A DNA stretch of 64,000 bases, from positions 105,896,001 through 105,960,000 of the forward strand of contig NC_043005.1 in NCBI RefSeq assembly GCF_006345805.1, given 5' to 3'. Positions within the stretch are counted from its first letter, which is position 1, and each line of letters starts with the position of its first letter. The notes below the pieces were generated by a model. It had not been told where the DNA came from. It did no database searches and saw only the letters and a list, made by a program, of their open reading frames with translations. This document shows positions 39,326-52,870 of the stretch, in pieces. A program made the position numbers and the translations under genes. This stretch comes from Octopus sinensis (Eukaryota).

Positions 39326-39497
39326 AGGTGCAGGAGTGGCTGTGTGGTAAGTAGCTTGCTTACCGACCACATGGTTCCGGGTTCAGTCCCACTGCATGGC
39401 CCCGTGGGCCATGCAGTGAGACTGGTGTCTTCTATTATAGCCTCGGGCCAACCAAAGCCTTGTGAGTGGATTTGATAGAAGGAAACTGAAAGAAGCC

Positions 39498-39549
<52 letters not shown>

Positions 39550-39745
39550 ATGTTTCTGTGTTTGTCCCCCCAGCATCCCTTGACAACTGATGCTGGTATG
39601 TTCACATTCCTGTCACTTAGCAGTTCGGCTAGAGAGACTGTTAGAGTAAGTACTAGGCTTACAAAGAATAAGTCCTGGGGTCGATTTGCTCGACTAAAGG
39701 TAGCGCTCCAGCATGGCCACAGTCAAATGACTGAAACAAAAAAGC
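39326..39745 (+). mobile_element. SINE family A, full length
   Basis: Colinear with other copies. Confidence 0.92.
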
Positions 39746-39759
39746 AATATACATATACA

Positions 39760-40036
39760 AGCCTTGAGTGGATTTGGTAGATGGAAACTGAAAGGAGCCC
39801 ATCGTATATATGTATATATGTGTGTATATGTGTGTGTGTGTTTGTTCCCCACAACATCGCTTGACAACCAATGCTGGTGTGTTTACATCCCCATAACTTA
39901 GCGGTTCAGCAAAAGAAACTGATAGAATAAGTACTAGGCTTAAAAAGAGTAAATCCTGAGGTTGATTTGCTAATTTAAAGGCAGTGCCCCAGCATTGCCA
40001 CAGTCAAATGACTGAACAAGTAAAAGAGTAAAAGAG
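39760..40036 (+). mobile_element. SINE family A, 5'-truncated
   Basis: Starts at AAGCCTTGAGTGGATTTGGTAG, ends GTAAAAGAGTAAAAGAG. Confidence 0.88.
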
Positions 40037-40087
40037 TCTATATATATATATATATATATATATATCTATATATAATATATATATACA

Positions 40088-40325
40088 TTCTTTTTCATAT
40101 TCTTTTATTTGTTTCAGTCATTGAAAGCAGACATATATATATATATATATATATATACGTATATGTATATATACAATGGGCTTCTTTCAGTTTCCATTTA
40201 CCAGATCTGCTTGCAAGGCTTTGGTTGCAAGGTTATAGAAGACACTTGCTCAAGGTGCCATGCAGTGGGACTGAATCTGGAACCATGTGGTTGGTAAGCA
40301 AGCTACTTACCACACAGCCACTCCT
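40088..40325 (-). mobile_element. SINE family A, 5' half plus extreme tail
   Basis: Head ending at 40325; most of the 3' half deleted. Confidence 0.8.
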
Positions 40326-40741
40326 ATTCATACAAACATAAACACACATATATATAGATATATCTATATATACACAGATACCTATATATAGACATAATCG
40401 TTTATACTTACATATACATATGCATATATACATATATCTATATACATATATCTATATACATGTATACAGACGTGTGTGTGTGGGTGTGCATGTATGTCTG
40501 TGGACATAAACCGGTCTCTCGTTTCCCTTGTCCTCACTTTCTCTGTTGCTTATGTAAGTATATGCATGAGTGTGTGTGTGTGTGTATTTTGTGTAACTCA
40601 CATATTACATATTTCATAATAAATACGACTATATACATACACATATAGTACACACACACACACATATGCACATACATTAAACTATTTGCATACATATATA
40701 TACATATTATATATATACATACATGTATTTATATACATATA

Positions 40742-40814
<73 letters not shown>

Positions 40815-41920
40815 TATATGTGTGTATGTATACATAAATATAATCATGCATGCATGTGTACATATGTATGTATGTATATATATATATATACTTATTATAT
40901 AATATATATATATATATATATATAATATATATTATATATAATATATATATACATATATGCACACACACACAAAACTACATAGATAATAGTTAGACAGATA
41001 TAAACTGATAGATAAACAAATGGATAGATAGCTAGATACATGCACATAAGTGTGTGTGTATGAGTGTACGTGTGGATGTGTGTGCACGTGTGTATGCATG
41101 TGTGTCTGTGCGTGTATGTGTGTGTGTGTGTATGTATGTGTGTGTGTGTGTATTTGTGTGTGTGTGTATCTGTGTATCTCACAATCAACACTGAAAACTT
41201 CCTTAATAACAGTTTAGATTTCATGATTCTGTTTGTGTGTTTCTGTTGCCACTATTGATTTCTTCTCTATCCTATATTTTTTCACTCCCTTTCTCTTCCT
41301 CAACAAAGCTGATTGCCTGTCAACTTACTTCCCTTCTTGTGGAACTCTTCATTAAATGGGAGACACTTATTGATTGATAAGCAGCAAATCCATTATATAA
41401 ATTTTGTTTTCATATATATGTGTGTGTGTGTGAGTTTGTGTGTATACATATATATATATATACATATACATACATATATATATACATACACATGTATATA
41501 TATATATACACATATACATATATAAATATATATATACATACATATATATACATATATATATGTATGTATATATATATATTATATATATATATATATACAT
41601 ACATACTTATATATGTACATATACATACAAATATATACACACACACATACATATATATATATACATACATATATATGTATGTATAGAAGCAAATATACAC
41701 ACACATATATATATACACAGTTATATGTATATACATGTACACAAAGATAGTATGTGTATAAATATATATGTATATAATGTTTGTAAGTGTTTTAATGTGT
41801 GGAAATTTTGAGTTTTATATACATACATACATGCATATATATATATGCATATACATACATGCACACACACACACACATATACATATATATGTATATATGT
41901 ATGTATATATATATGTTATA

Positions 41921-41962
<42 letters not shown>

Positions 41963-43601
41963 ATAGAAAGAGAGAGAAAAATACATACATACATATATAC
42001 TGAATACATGTATAAGTATATATATATATGTGTGTGTGTGTGTGTACATATATATATTTCAAACTTGCTTTTATATGTTTGTGTGCAGTCATCTGTATAT
42101 ACACATACATTATATCCAAATTTCTTAAATGAAAGCTACTTGTGTTTTTGTGTATGAACTAACATTACAAAATGATTTACCTATCTGTTATATTGGTTCT
42201 GTCTTAAAATAGCTGATCAGTCGTCAGAAGAGATTCTTCTAAGAAAAGTGCTTTTGTTTCAATGTTTTCTCTGTTATATTAAAGATGAATATAATCCATA
42301 ATCTCTGTATATCTCTCTTATCCTTTGTGTATGTCTGTCTGTTTGTCTCTCTCTCACACAGTATAGCTGGTGCCATCACTTTGTCTGTGTTAGATTGTCT
42401 ATGTATATACATTCATACATTACAAATAAACTGACATATATGGTATATATGGTGTGTTTGAGTCTCAGTGTGTGTGCATGTGTGCATACATGTGTGTGTG
42501 CATGCGTGCATGTGTGTGTGTGTGTGTGTGTATATACATCATTTAATACACACAGTATTTAAAAACAGTTTCATGCTGTGGAAACAAAGCAGTTTGGTAA
42601 ATTGTATATCATGCCTTATGTCTCCAAGCAATTCTTCAGGCTCAAATACACATGGCTGGTCTTATTTAAAAAATTGAGAAAGGATGCTGGTCTATGAGAA
42701 AACATGGGAAAAGACGAGAGGAAGAGGAATGCAAAACATGGAATGCAAAAAGTTGGAGCAAGAAAACATGGTAAATGAAAATGGAAAAAGAATGAAAGGA
42801 AAGAAAACCAAGTGTTGTGTCCCTTTTGGCCATCAAAATTACAATTAGTATAGCAGGTGTTGAATAATTTAATGGGAATGAGACTAAACTCTATGAGACA
42901 GCATGCCTAATCTGGAGAGATTGATGTCCTCCAGTTTAACAAAAGAAATTTGCACTTGTGCTTGCATTTGTGAAAAATTTCAGGTCTGGAATTAAGCAAT
43001 GTGTTGGAACTGTTGGATCTAAGAGTAATTTAAGAGTTTTCAGCTGCACATAGTTTGCATCTCTTTGATCAATTTTACATATGGTATGGATTCCTCTATG
43101 CTGCTCCACCTGATTGTATGTGGTGTGCAGTTGGACTTCACATCCTAAAATGACTGTCAAACTGGAGGATACCATCCTCTCTGGATTAAGTACACTGTCT
43201 CACAGACTTTGGCCACCTCCCAGTTGAATTATTCTACACCAGCTATACTAATTATTATTTTGATGGACAAAAGGGATGCAACTCTTGGTTTTCTTTTCTC
43301 ATTCAATCTTTTCTCATTCCACCTTTCACATTCACCTCTCACCTTTTCCTATATTTTCTCATAGATCAATATCCTTTCTCAGTTTTTTTTAGATAAGACT
43401 AGCCATGTGTATTTGAGCCTGAAGGATTGCTAAGAAACATAAGGCATGATAAATAATCTGCTGAATTATTATGTTTCCACAGCATGAAATTATTGGTAAC
43501 TAATAGTTAATATTGTGCATATTAAATGATATGTATTTCTCATTAGGTGGTGAACATTTTTCTTGATCCTACTGATAACAGAACAGTAAACTATATGTCT
43601 A

Positions 43602-44837
43602 TCAGGTTGAGTAAAAAAGAAAGCAACATTTTGAACCATGAAGAATTTGTTCCAGATTTTTGCAGAGTTTTGAATTTGCTTTTTTTTTAATTGTCAGATA
43701 ATACAGACATAGACTTGCCCAAATGCATCAATAAATTAACATTGATATGGAACTATCAAAGCGCGATATTTGAGCAATTTTGCTATTCAACTTAAAAAAA
43801 GGATGTAAAGCAGCTGAAACTGCTTGTGATATCAGTGGAACCTTTGGTGAGGAAATGACCAGTGAATGGTCAGCTCAAATATGGTTAAAACGATTTCACA
43901 GTAGAAACCTGAACCTTGAAGATGGTGAGCATAGTGGAAGCCCATCTGTCATCAATGGCGGTCAATTAAAGACCATCATTGAGAAAGATCCACATAAACC
44001 ACTCAAGAAGCAAAAGAACTTCGAGTTAGTCAGAAAACTGTCTGCAACCATTTGCATGTGATCGGGAAATCAAAACAACTCGACAAATGGGTACCACATG
44101 ATTTGAATAAAAATCAGAAAATGTGTAGATATGAAATTTGCTTGTTGCTTCTTCTCCATAACCAGACCGATCCTTTTCTCAATTGTATTGTAACTTGTGA
44201 TGAAAAGTGGATTCCCTACAAAGATAAAAACAACGTTCTTCTCAGTAGTTGGACCAAAATGAAGCACCGAAAACCTTTCCTAAACCTGAGCTCTTCAAAA
44301 GAAAGGTTTTGGTGACAGTTTGGTGGTGTACTGCTGAACTCATCCACTATAACTTCTTAAAACGTGAAAAACCCATTACTGCAGCAGCATATTGCCATGA
44401 AATTGCCAAAATGAATGAAAAACTGCAACTCCTCCGTCCCAGACTGGTCAACAGAAGAGGGCCAATCATTCTTCATGACAGTCCTCGACCACACGCTTCA
44501 TTAATGATGCTCCAGAAGTTGAGGGAACTTGCCTACGAAGTCCTTCCCCACTCAGGTTATTCCCCAGACCTCTCTCATACCGACTACCACTCTTTCAAGC
44601 ACCTTGATGGTTTCCTGTGAGAGAAGGAGTTCAAAAATCAAACCAATGCTGAAAGTGTGTTCAAAGAGTTCATCTCCTCCAGAATTCCAGAATTTTATGT
44701 TACCGGAATAAACAAACTTGGCAGAAATGTGTTGATTGTAGTGGCACTTACTTTGATGAATAAAATTTCCACATAGTTGAAATATATTGTGTTGAATTTT
44801 CCGTTTCAAAATGTTGCTTACTTTTTATCCAACCTGA
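43602..44837 (+). mobile_element. Near full-length decayed mariner (DD34D) element
   Basis: TIRs TCAGGTTG...AAAAAG[A/T]AAGCAACATTTTGAA; motifs KWVPHDL, IVTCDEKW, ILHDSPRPH, YSPDLSHTDYHSFKHL; frameshifts and stops; left TA present, right TA replaced by a SINE. Confidence 0.95.
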
Positions 44838-45241
44838 GTGGCTGTGTGAAAAGTAGCTTGCTTACCAACCACATAGTTCTGGGTTCATTCCCACTGCGTA
44901 GCAGCTTGGGCAAGTGTCTTCTACTGTAGCCTCAGGCCGACCAAAGCCTTGAGAGTGGATTTGGTAGACGGAAACTGAAAGAAGCCCGTCATATATATGT
45001 ATATATATATATATATGTAAGTGTGTGTATATGTTTGTGTGTCTGTTTGTTCCCCCAACATCGCTTGACAACTGATGCTGGTGTGTTTATGTCCCCGTAA
45101 CTTAGTGGTTCGGCAAAAGAGACCGATAGAATAAGTACTAGGCTTACTAAGAATAAGTCCTGGGGTCACTGCTCAACTAAAGGCTGTTCTCCAGCATGGC
45201 CACAGTCACATGACTGAAACAAGTAAAAGAGTAAAAGAGTA
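44837..45241 (+). mobile_element. SINE family A abutting the mariner right TIR
   Basis: Starts GTGGCTGTGTG directly after CAACCTGA. Confidence 0.92.
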
Positions 45242-45349
45242 GAAAGTAAGCAACATTTTGAAATAGGAAATTCAACAACTAGAAAGAGTTGTCAAATCTT
45301 CCTATTGAGCCATGTCATATATATATATATATATATATATACATACATG

Positions 45350-45900
45350 GTGGCTGTCCCTCGTTATCGAGTATGGCCATTGCTTGAAGCTTAATCAATG
45401 TTATTATCATGCAATACCTGTGCAAGAAGATTTTTTTAAAGTGAGGAAAGGCTGTGCACTGAGTCAATCTCACTCACTAAGCAACAGCAGCCATAATCCC
45501 AAAAGAAGAACAAGTCAACATCATCGGTAACCACTGAGCCGCAGGTTTTATGTCGGAGTTATCCCAGTTACCTGGGTTACCTTCTCCTAGAAGGATGCCC
45601 TAACAAAGGCTAGGAGTACTTCACTCCCAATGGTTTAACCATGCAATCGGGTATTCAGTCCGATTATTTCTATATCCCCTCACATGATACAGCCTTAAGA
45701 TATTTATTGGATGGCCATTGACTCTCAAGAGTTCCTCCACCCTTTGACAGGTTTTATTTTTCATCCCGCAGGGTGTCCAATAAACACCCTCCTCACCAAG
45801 CAAGCTTGGTAGGGTTGCCGGTTTAGTCACTGATAACCTGACCATGCAACAGATTGTACTGGGTTACATGTTACCAGTAAGCACTCAAAAGTGACCTAAC
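45350..45900 (-). mobile_element. Probable RTE 5'-UTR-like repeat fragment
   Basis: Minus strand GGCATCCTTCTAGGAGAAGGTAACC resembles motifs I recall from RTE 5' UTRs; lies within (TA)n; assignment is recall-based. Confidence 0.4.
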
Positions 45901-47589
45901 ATAATATATATATATAAAGCCTCTATACTGTTATCCCTCACCACGAAGGACTGCAGGCCCTTCGACACTTTCTTGACCTCCGCTCTAACCCTGTACCTGA
46001 CACCTCCACACTCATTCGTCTGGCCGAACTTGTCCTTACTCTGAACTGCTTCTCGTTCGCGGGCGAGTTCTACCATCAGGTCTCGGGGTGGCCATGGGAA
46101 CGCGAATGGGCCCCAACTATGCGAACCTGTTCGTTGGCTATGTTGAGGCCCAATATTCTCTAATTTCACTGGTCCCACTCCTGAACTATATGGTCGTATT
46201 TTGACGACATTATCGGTGCCACCTCACTCTCCCGCGAACATCTAGATTCCTTCCTCTCTTTCGTCCAATCTTTCCATCCCCCTCCACTTCACTTCCACTA
46301 TCTCCAACACCTCTGTCTCCTTCCTCGACATTTCGGTTAGCATTCTTCACTCCACTCTTACACCCTCCATTCACTACAAACACACAGACTCACACTCATA
46401 CCTCAACTTCTCTCCCCCACCCAGAACACACCAAGCTTTCCATCCCCTATTCCCAATTCCTCCGTCTACGTAGGCTCTGTAGTGACGACCATGACTTTGA
46501 GACTCAGTCTCAACGTATGGCTCACCACTTCACCCTACGTGGATACCCCCTCACCACTATCCACACCGCCCTTGCCAGAGCACGGTCCGTGGACCGTGTA
46601 TCTGCTCTCTCTCCCCGAACCCGCCCTGTAGTCTCCCGCCTCCCTTTTCCCCTCACTTACCACCCCACGACCTACGTCTCCAACGCACCATTCTTCGAGC
46701 TTTCCGTCATCTCCAGTCGACCCGTCCACTTCACACCTCTTCCCTACCGACCCCTCCCCTCTTTCAAACGAGCCCACAACCTTCGAGACCTTTTGGTCCA
46801 TAGCTCCTTCCCTGACCCTACCTCCCAACCCGGCTCGTTCCCCTGCTCCCGCCCACGTTGCCGCACTTGCCCTTACCTCTCCAACACCACCCGCCTCACT
46901 AGCACCCACCATCGACCCTATCCCATCATCCACTCCTTCACCTGCACCTCCAGCAATATTATCTATTGCATCTCTTGCTCTCTCTGCAATTCCTTGTACA
47001 TCGGACAAACGGGACGCCGCTTGGCTGACCGGTTCCGGGAACACCTTCGTGACATCCACCTTGCGAACGACACCCGGTCTCACGCCATTTCCGCTCCACC
47101 GGTCACTCCTTGCAACACCTATCTGTGTTCGGTTTGTCCTTACACAGAGGCCATCCGGATTCCCGTTTGCGCCGTGAACAGGAATTAATCTTCTCTCTTC
47201 GCTCTTATACGCCATTTGGTCTCAACTCTCCCCCCCTCCTCATCTAACCCCCCTCTCCCCCCTCCTCACCTATCCTTTCTCCCCCCGACCCCTACTTCTT
47301 CAGTCCTTCATCCTTTCACCCCTACTCCCCTTCCCTTCTTCCCTCTTTCTCCCTCCCTCTTCCCCTTCCCTCTGCTCCCTCACTCCCTCTCTCCCCTTCT
47401 CTCTCTCCCCCTCTCCCTCTTTCCTCCTTCATCCCCCTCCTCACCTTCCTTCTCCCCCATCGTCTCCTCTTCCCCCTTCTCCTCCCCCTCTTCTTCCCCT
47501 CCCCTTCTCCCCCCCTCTTCTCCCCTCCCCCTCTTCTCCCCTCCCCCTCTTCTCCTCACTACACCACATGACTTTACACATCACATCAC

Positions 47590-47845
47590 ATATGATGTGC
47601 CATACTAATACACACACCAACTAATACATACTAATACGTACTAATACATACTAGTACATACTAATACTTACACCAACCCTATACATCACACGTCCAGACC
47701 CCGCATATGCACTTATACTCTCTCACACACACACACAACACACCTATACATACCAATACGTACTATACATACTAATACATACTAATACATACACCAACCC
47801 CATACATACGCACGTCCAGACCAATCTTACGCACTAATACTCTCT

Positions 47846-47876
<31 letters not shown>

Positions 47877-47945
47877 CCGTATACATACTAATACATACAC
47901 CAACCCTATACATACACACATCCAGACCCCTCCCACGCACTTTTA
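47590..47945 (+). repeat. Three ~120-bp tandem units in the Penelope 3' UTR
   Basis: CATACTAATAC...CACCAACCC...CGTCCAGACC / CATCCAGACC three times. Confidence 0.8.
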
Positions 47946-48113
47946 GCTGGTCACTCAACCCTTTTATCAACCCTATTATCTCCCCTTATTTCGCTCTCGC
48001 GTCTCATGTTTGATCTTTGACCTCTGGCCGAAATCAGATCGCCATGTTAATTCGTTAGCTACTGCACGCATTTTTTTTCTCTCCTTCTTTCTGTGTTTTT
48101 CTCTCTCTGTGTA

Positions 48114-48151
48114 TCTTTCTGTTGAAGAGCGTAGGCTCGAAACGTTAAAGA
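48114..48151 (+). ncRNA. Minimal type I hammerhead-like motif, CUGUUGA core variant
   Basis: TCTTT-CTGTTGA-A-GAG-cgtagg-CTC-GAAA-CGTT-AAAGA; 5-bp stem I, palindromic ACGT helix III. Confidence 0.65.
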
Positions 48152-48249
48152 CTTGTTTTATTTATATTTCCTGAGCGCCATACTAATACAATTGTTCGTT
48201 TGTCTTCCACCTGCCTTCGTCTTTTGTTTATTTTCATAAAGCTTCCCGT

Positions 48250-48285
<36 letters not shown>

Positions 48286-50621
48286 GTATACACACATGGC
48301 TCAATAGGAAGATTTGACAACTGTTTGTAGTTGTTGGTAACTTAGTGTTAAAATATGTAATGCTATGACAATGAAATATCCAATTAGGAAATACATGAGT
48401 AATGCATCCTTGTGATTTATTAATGAATATGTTAAAATATATTGTGGCTTCAATGTGTGAATATAAGTTGTGTCTGTCTACGTTGAACTAGATTATGTAT
48501 AGTGTCTTGTAATCATGGTTATTGTCTTACGTTTTGTGATTTATATAGCTTCTTACTATCATAAGTTTCAAGATGTGCTGTATGCATTCTACATTGTCTC
48601 AAGTTTTAAGATATGTGACATAGGTCTCCCTTATTTTAACTTTTCTATCATCTCTATTTTAAAGATAGTGACAAATTGAAGGAATTTACTGTCTCACCAA
48701 TTTGAACAAATAATTGTCAAGATGGAACCTCATTCTCTCACTGGTATCATCGGTACCATTGATGGGTGAGTGTGGAAGAAGAGGAGAAAGAGGAGGAAGA
48801 AAATATAAACATCACCACTGTCCTCACCATCCATCCCACCAGATTACAAGCCCCAGCTACTGTACTTTAACACTCAAAAATATCACTGGAAGAAACTATA
48901 ATATACATAACTTCCTGGTTTTTAAACAGCTCAGATAACAAAACAAGAGGAGTGATAGTTTTCATTTAGAAAGCCTGTATTTCTATTGTAGTATCATTCC
49001 CTGTTAGTTTATAAATGTCTTTTGAAACAAATTTGATGGAAATCACTCCTATTGTAAAAGGTATCTCTGTTCTGATTTGAGTATAATATGGAATATGTTC
49101 ACTGATCAAATACTGGTATTGTGTTTTTCTTTATTCTTTTGCTGAATTATTGTTGCATGAATATTGTGAGAGATAATAAAAATCTTTTACTTACATAAAG
49201 GTGTTTTCAATGCCATTAATCATGAAATACAGTTATCTTGTTTACAAAGTTTATTTTGATGTATAAAATGTTTATTTTTATGTGAAGTATTTAAACATAT
49301 TCTGTGTAGGGCTGTAATGTTTAGAAAGGAAACAGTAGGACTTATTGTTTTGTATAGTTATGTTTATTATTCCTGTAAAATGTATTTTTCTTTATCGTTA
49401 AATGCCTTTGCATGGTGGAGTTTTTGAGAATATTTTGAAGATTCTGTAAGACATTTTAGCTTTGTAGGGATTTTAAGACCCAATTTGTTCGGTTGTAGCT
49501 TCCATATACTTGTGATGGCAGAATTAACATATGCTAAGACAAATATTTCTATGTCAAGAATTTGTTCACTGGCATTCTAGCCATGACCATTCCATCAATA
49601 TTATTTTCATTATTCATTTATCCTGTTTATTTAACTATTTTGAAGACTGTAGAGTAAAACTTGAGGAAGACTTAGATGCAATTCTCAGAAGGTGGAGCAA
49701 CCATGTAGAAGTTTCCTTGTTGGCTAATGGATTTATGATAGAAGTAGGCACTAACTTGTGCTAATTAAATTAATATCTCTATGAGTGATAATAGATGCAA
49801 TGCTTAATATTTATTAAACAGGATAATAAGCTATGTCCATGAACCCGATCAAGGCCTCTATAACAGGTTGGAGGAAGAGATAAACGTGATCTGAATATAT
49901 GCTATGTGGTGAAGTCTCATAAAAGGGGCTAAAAGTAAGGTGGGGACATTAAACTGAGCAGCAGGTAGTGTCTGCCTACAAAATTCCACTCACAAAACTT
50001 TGGTTGATTTAGTCCTTGGTGCTAGAGTAGAAAGCACTTGGCTAAGATTTTGTATAGCTGGACTACATGTAAATCTATGCAGTTATGATGCAAACAACTT
50101 AATTGGTTAACATGCCTGCACCCAGCACTGTCTTAACAACATTATTGACCCCTGGGCAAGAAATGAAGGGAAAACAATAGTATTTATTGACAGTGAGTCA
50201 CAGTATCATAGATGACCATTGGGCTATTAAACCTGCATGATCCTGGGGTAGCTGCCCTGTATGCCCAGGGGCAGTTAATATGGCACAGCCTGTACTCTTC
50301 AAAAGTATAAGTTTGGAAAATCTGGAGTGAAAGAAAGAAAGATCAAGAGGATCATATATGAGAAATTAAATTTAAATAACTAATTGTTGTGTGTAGAAAA
50401 TGAAGACCGCTGACTTCCTAATCATGTTTCTTTTTATTTTACCAGTGTGGAGAATCCATTATTATAATGTTTTCGATATATCTTATATGCAATTACTGTG
50501 TTGACCTTATAGTGTATATCTTAGTTTTAAAATACATTGTCCCTGCATGTCATAAGAGGTGACTTGAAGGGTTGATGACAGGGAAAACTTGGTAGCATGG
50601 AATAACAGATGTAAAACCATG

Positions 50622-50797
50622 ATGATAATCATCATCATCATCGTTTAACATCCGCTTTCCATGCTAGCATGGATTGGATGGTTCGACTGGAGTCTGGGAA
50701 GCCAGGAGGCTGCACCAGGCCCAGTCTGATCTGGCAGTGTTTCTACAGCTGGATGCCCTTCCTAACGCCAACCACTTCGTGAGTGTAGTGGGTGCTC
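50622..50797 (-). mobile_element. RTE-type 3' tail (family D)
   Basis: (CAT)n then TTTAACATCCGCTTTCCATGCTAGCATGG...GGATGCCCTTCCTAACGCCAACCAC. Confidence 0.92.
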
Positions 50798-52304
50798 ATA
50801 GATTATCATACAATGATTCGACTGATTTCTTATGTATTCTTTTGGAAAGTTCGGGTTGACGATGTGTTCTATGTGAAATAAATGAATGAATGAGTAACAT
50901 ATGATGTAAAAGTGTAACAGGTTGGGGAAGTTTGCTGATGACAAATTTTCCTGGGCTCTATTTTCTTTCCTTTATTTGAAAATTGGATTTATCCTGAAAT
51001 AAAATAGGATTAATAAAAAATCTATCTAAGGTAATTCACTATCTTTATTTCCATTCATAGCATCATCTCTGTTTTAATTAGCTCTTCATCCTCATTACAC
51101 AGAGTTCTTACAAATATTTATTTCAGATAAAAATCTATTCATTAGTTTTGACTACAGCTGATCATTTATGAAGTGACTGTTGAAACCAAAACATATTAAC
51201 AGTCACTTCATATAGTTGCCTGATCACCAAAGGTATGCTTACATCCATTCCAAGTTCTTGTTCAGCCAGGGCACTTTATTCCCTACACATCACAACACTT
51301 CTATTTGTAAGCAATAATTGTCAACTCAACTGCAAATATTATCTCCCTTTGTATCTTATCCAAGAGGAACTTAACTCTCTTCTGTTTTACATTTCTAAGC
51401 TGAAAGCTAAGCAGCAGCTTTATTAAGTTCTTATGAATCCCGAAGCTATATATAAATAAAGTACTGTAAATTAGAAGATTACAGGTAATTTTAATCTGTA
51501 AACCAGTTTAGGTTCTCCATTACCGGTATTTTACTTTACTGCAATAGATAATGCATCAATTGAAGGCTATTAATATCATACAGCCACATTTCCTTTGTTT
51601 TGTAGATTGAGGTTTTGTAAGAAAGCAGTAAAGACATTGGGTGGTGAATTGGTAAAGTAGAATGCATTACCATATTTTGTTCTGACTCTGTGTTCTAGGT
51701 TCAAATCCTATCAATATCAACTTGGACTTCCATTTTTTCAGGATCAATAAAAATATTGCCAATCCAGAGTAGTGGATTGGTGGAAGATTAAGAATGTTGG
51801 ACCAGATGGCTCATAATATTTAATCTAACTCTTTGTGTTCTTTGTTCAAATCCTACCATGGCCTACATGACTTGTAGATTTAATCTGTCATCCTGTTTAT
51901 CACCAAGGCCTGGCAGCTGGGGTACCTGTATAGGAGACACCTGTTGTAAGCATTTAGAGTAATTCCCTAGCTTAAGAATACCTTTCTCCCACCAGTCTCA
52001 GAGATCCTGTAAAGTGGGCACTGCCCCTCCTTCCTGACTAAAAGATGAAACAGAGTTGGAAAAGTTGGTTAGGAGTCTATCATGATGTGACTGGATCAAA
52101 CAACAACTCAGTCAAATATAAATTTAGATACCAAAATCTTAAGTTTCCTTTATGAATTCAAATTCCACTGCAGTTCGTTTTTGCATTTCGTCCTTTAGAT
52201 TTTAATAAATAAGTACCACTCAAGTATTAGAACCGATATTATTGACAGTTCGCCTTCCTCAGTTTTAAGGCCTGTGGCTGCTGGTTCCAGTATGGCTGTA
52301 GGTG

Positions 52305-52432
52305 TAGCATGGCTGTGTGCTTAAGAAGTTTGCTTCCATCCACATGATTTCAGCTTCAGTACCATGACATGCAACCTTGGGCTGACCAAAGTCTTGTGTG
52401 TGGATCTTGTAGACAGAAACTGAAAGAAGCCC
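52305..52432 (+). mobile_element. SINE family A, 5' half
   Basis: TGGCTGTGTG...CCTTGGGCTGACCAAAG...GAAACTGAAAGAAGCCC. Confidence 0.75.
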
Positions 52433-52870
52433 ATCATCATTATCCTCATCATCATCATCGTCATCATCATCATCATCATCATCACCACCGTCATTGTCGT
52501 CATCATCATTGTCGTCATCATCATTTAGCATTTGTTTTCCATGCTGGCATGGGGTTGACAGTTTCAGTAGAGCTGTTAACCTGGAAAGCTGCACTAGACA
52601 CCAGTCATCTGGTTTGGCTTGGTTTCTACAGCTGGATGCCCTTCCTACTGCCAACCACCCCACAGAGTGTACCAGGTGCCTTTGACATGTTACTGGCATG
52701 GGTGCCAGCTAGCCATGTGTCATTGGCACAGGTGCCACTGGCATAGGTGCCATTAACATGACACTACCACGAGTGCCTTTAACATGCCTTTATCAGCACA
52801 GGCCACAGTTGCAAATCACTGAGCTTCATGTGTTTTCTCAAGCACAGCAAATCACCAGAAAAATTAAGCC
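52433..52870 (-). mobile_element. RTE 3' UTR and tail, decayed, inserted at the SINE A linker
   Basis: (CAT)n tail, TTTCTACAGCTGGATGCCCTTCC, decayed GTGCCA motifs. Confidence 0.75.

Larger units (their letters stand above)
45918..48249 (+). mobile_element. 5'-truncated Penelope-like element: RT + GIY-YIG endonuclease (frameshifted), low-complexity 3' UTR, hammerhead terminus
   Basis: SLYTVIPH, GVAMGTRMGPNYANLF, (Y)FDDI, VSFLDI, SIPYSQFLRLRRLCS, CSRPRCRTC, NIIYCISCSLCNSLYIGQTGRRLADRFREH; (TA)n on both sides. Confidence 0.95.

Noticed and set aside
46535-47215. 226-aa minus-strand ORF
   Set aside because: Antisense shadow of the Penelope GIY-YIG ORF
48400-49800. Possible decayed GIY-YIG element (QIGETV on the minus strand)
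   Set aside because: Only one short motif; no other conserved residues could be aligned
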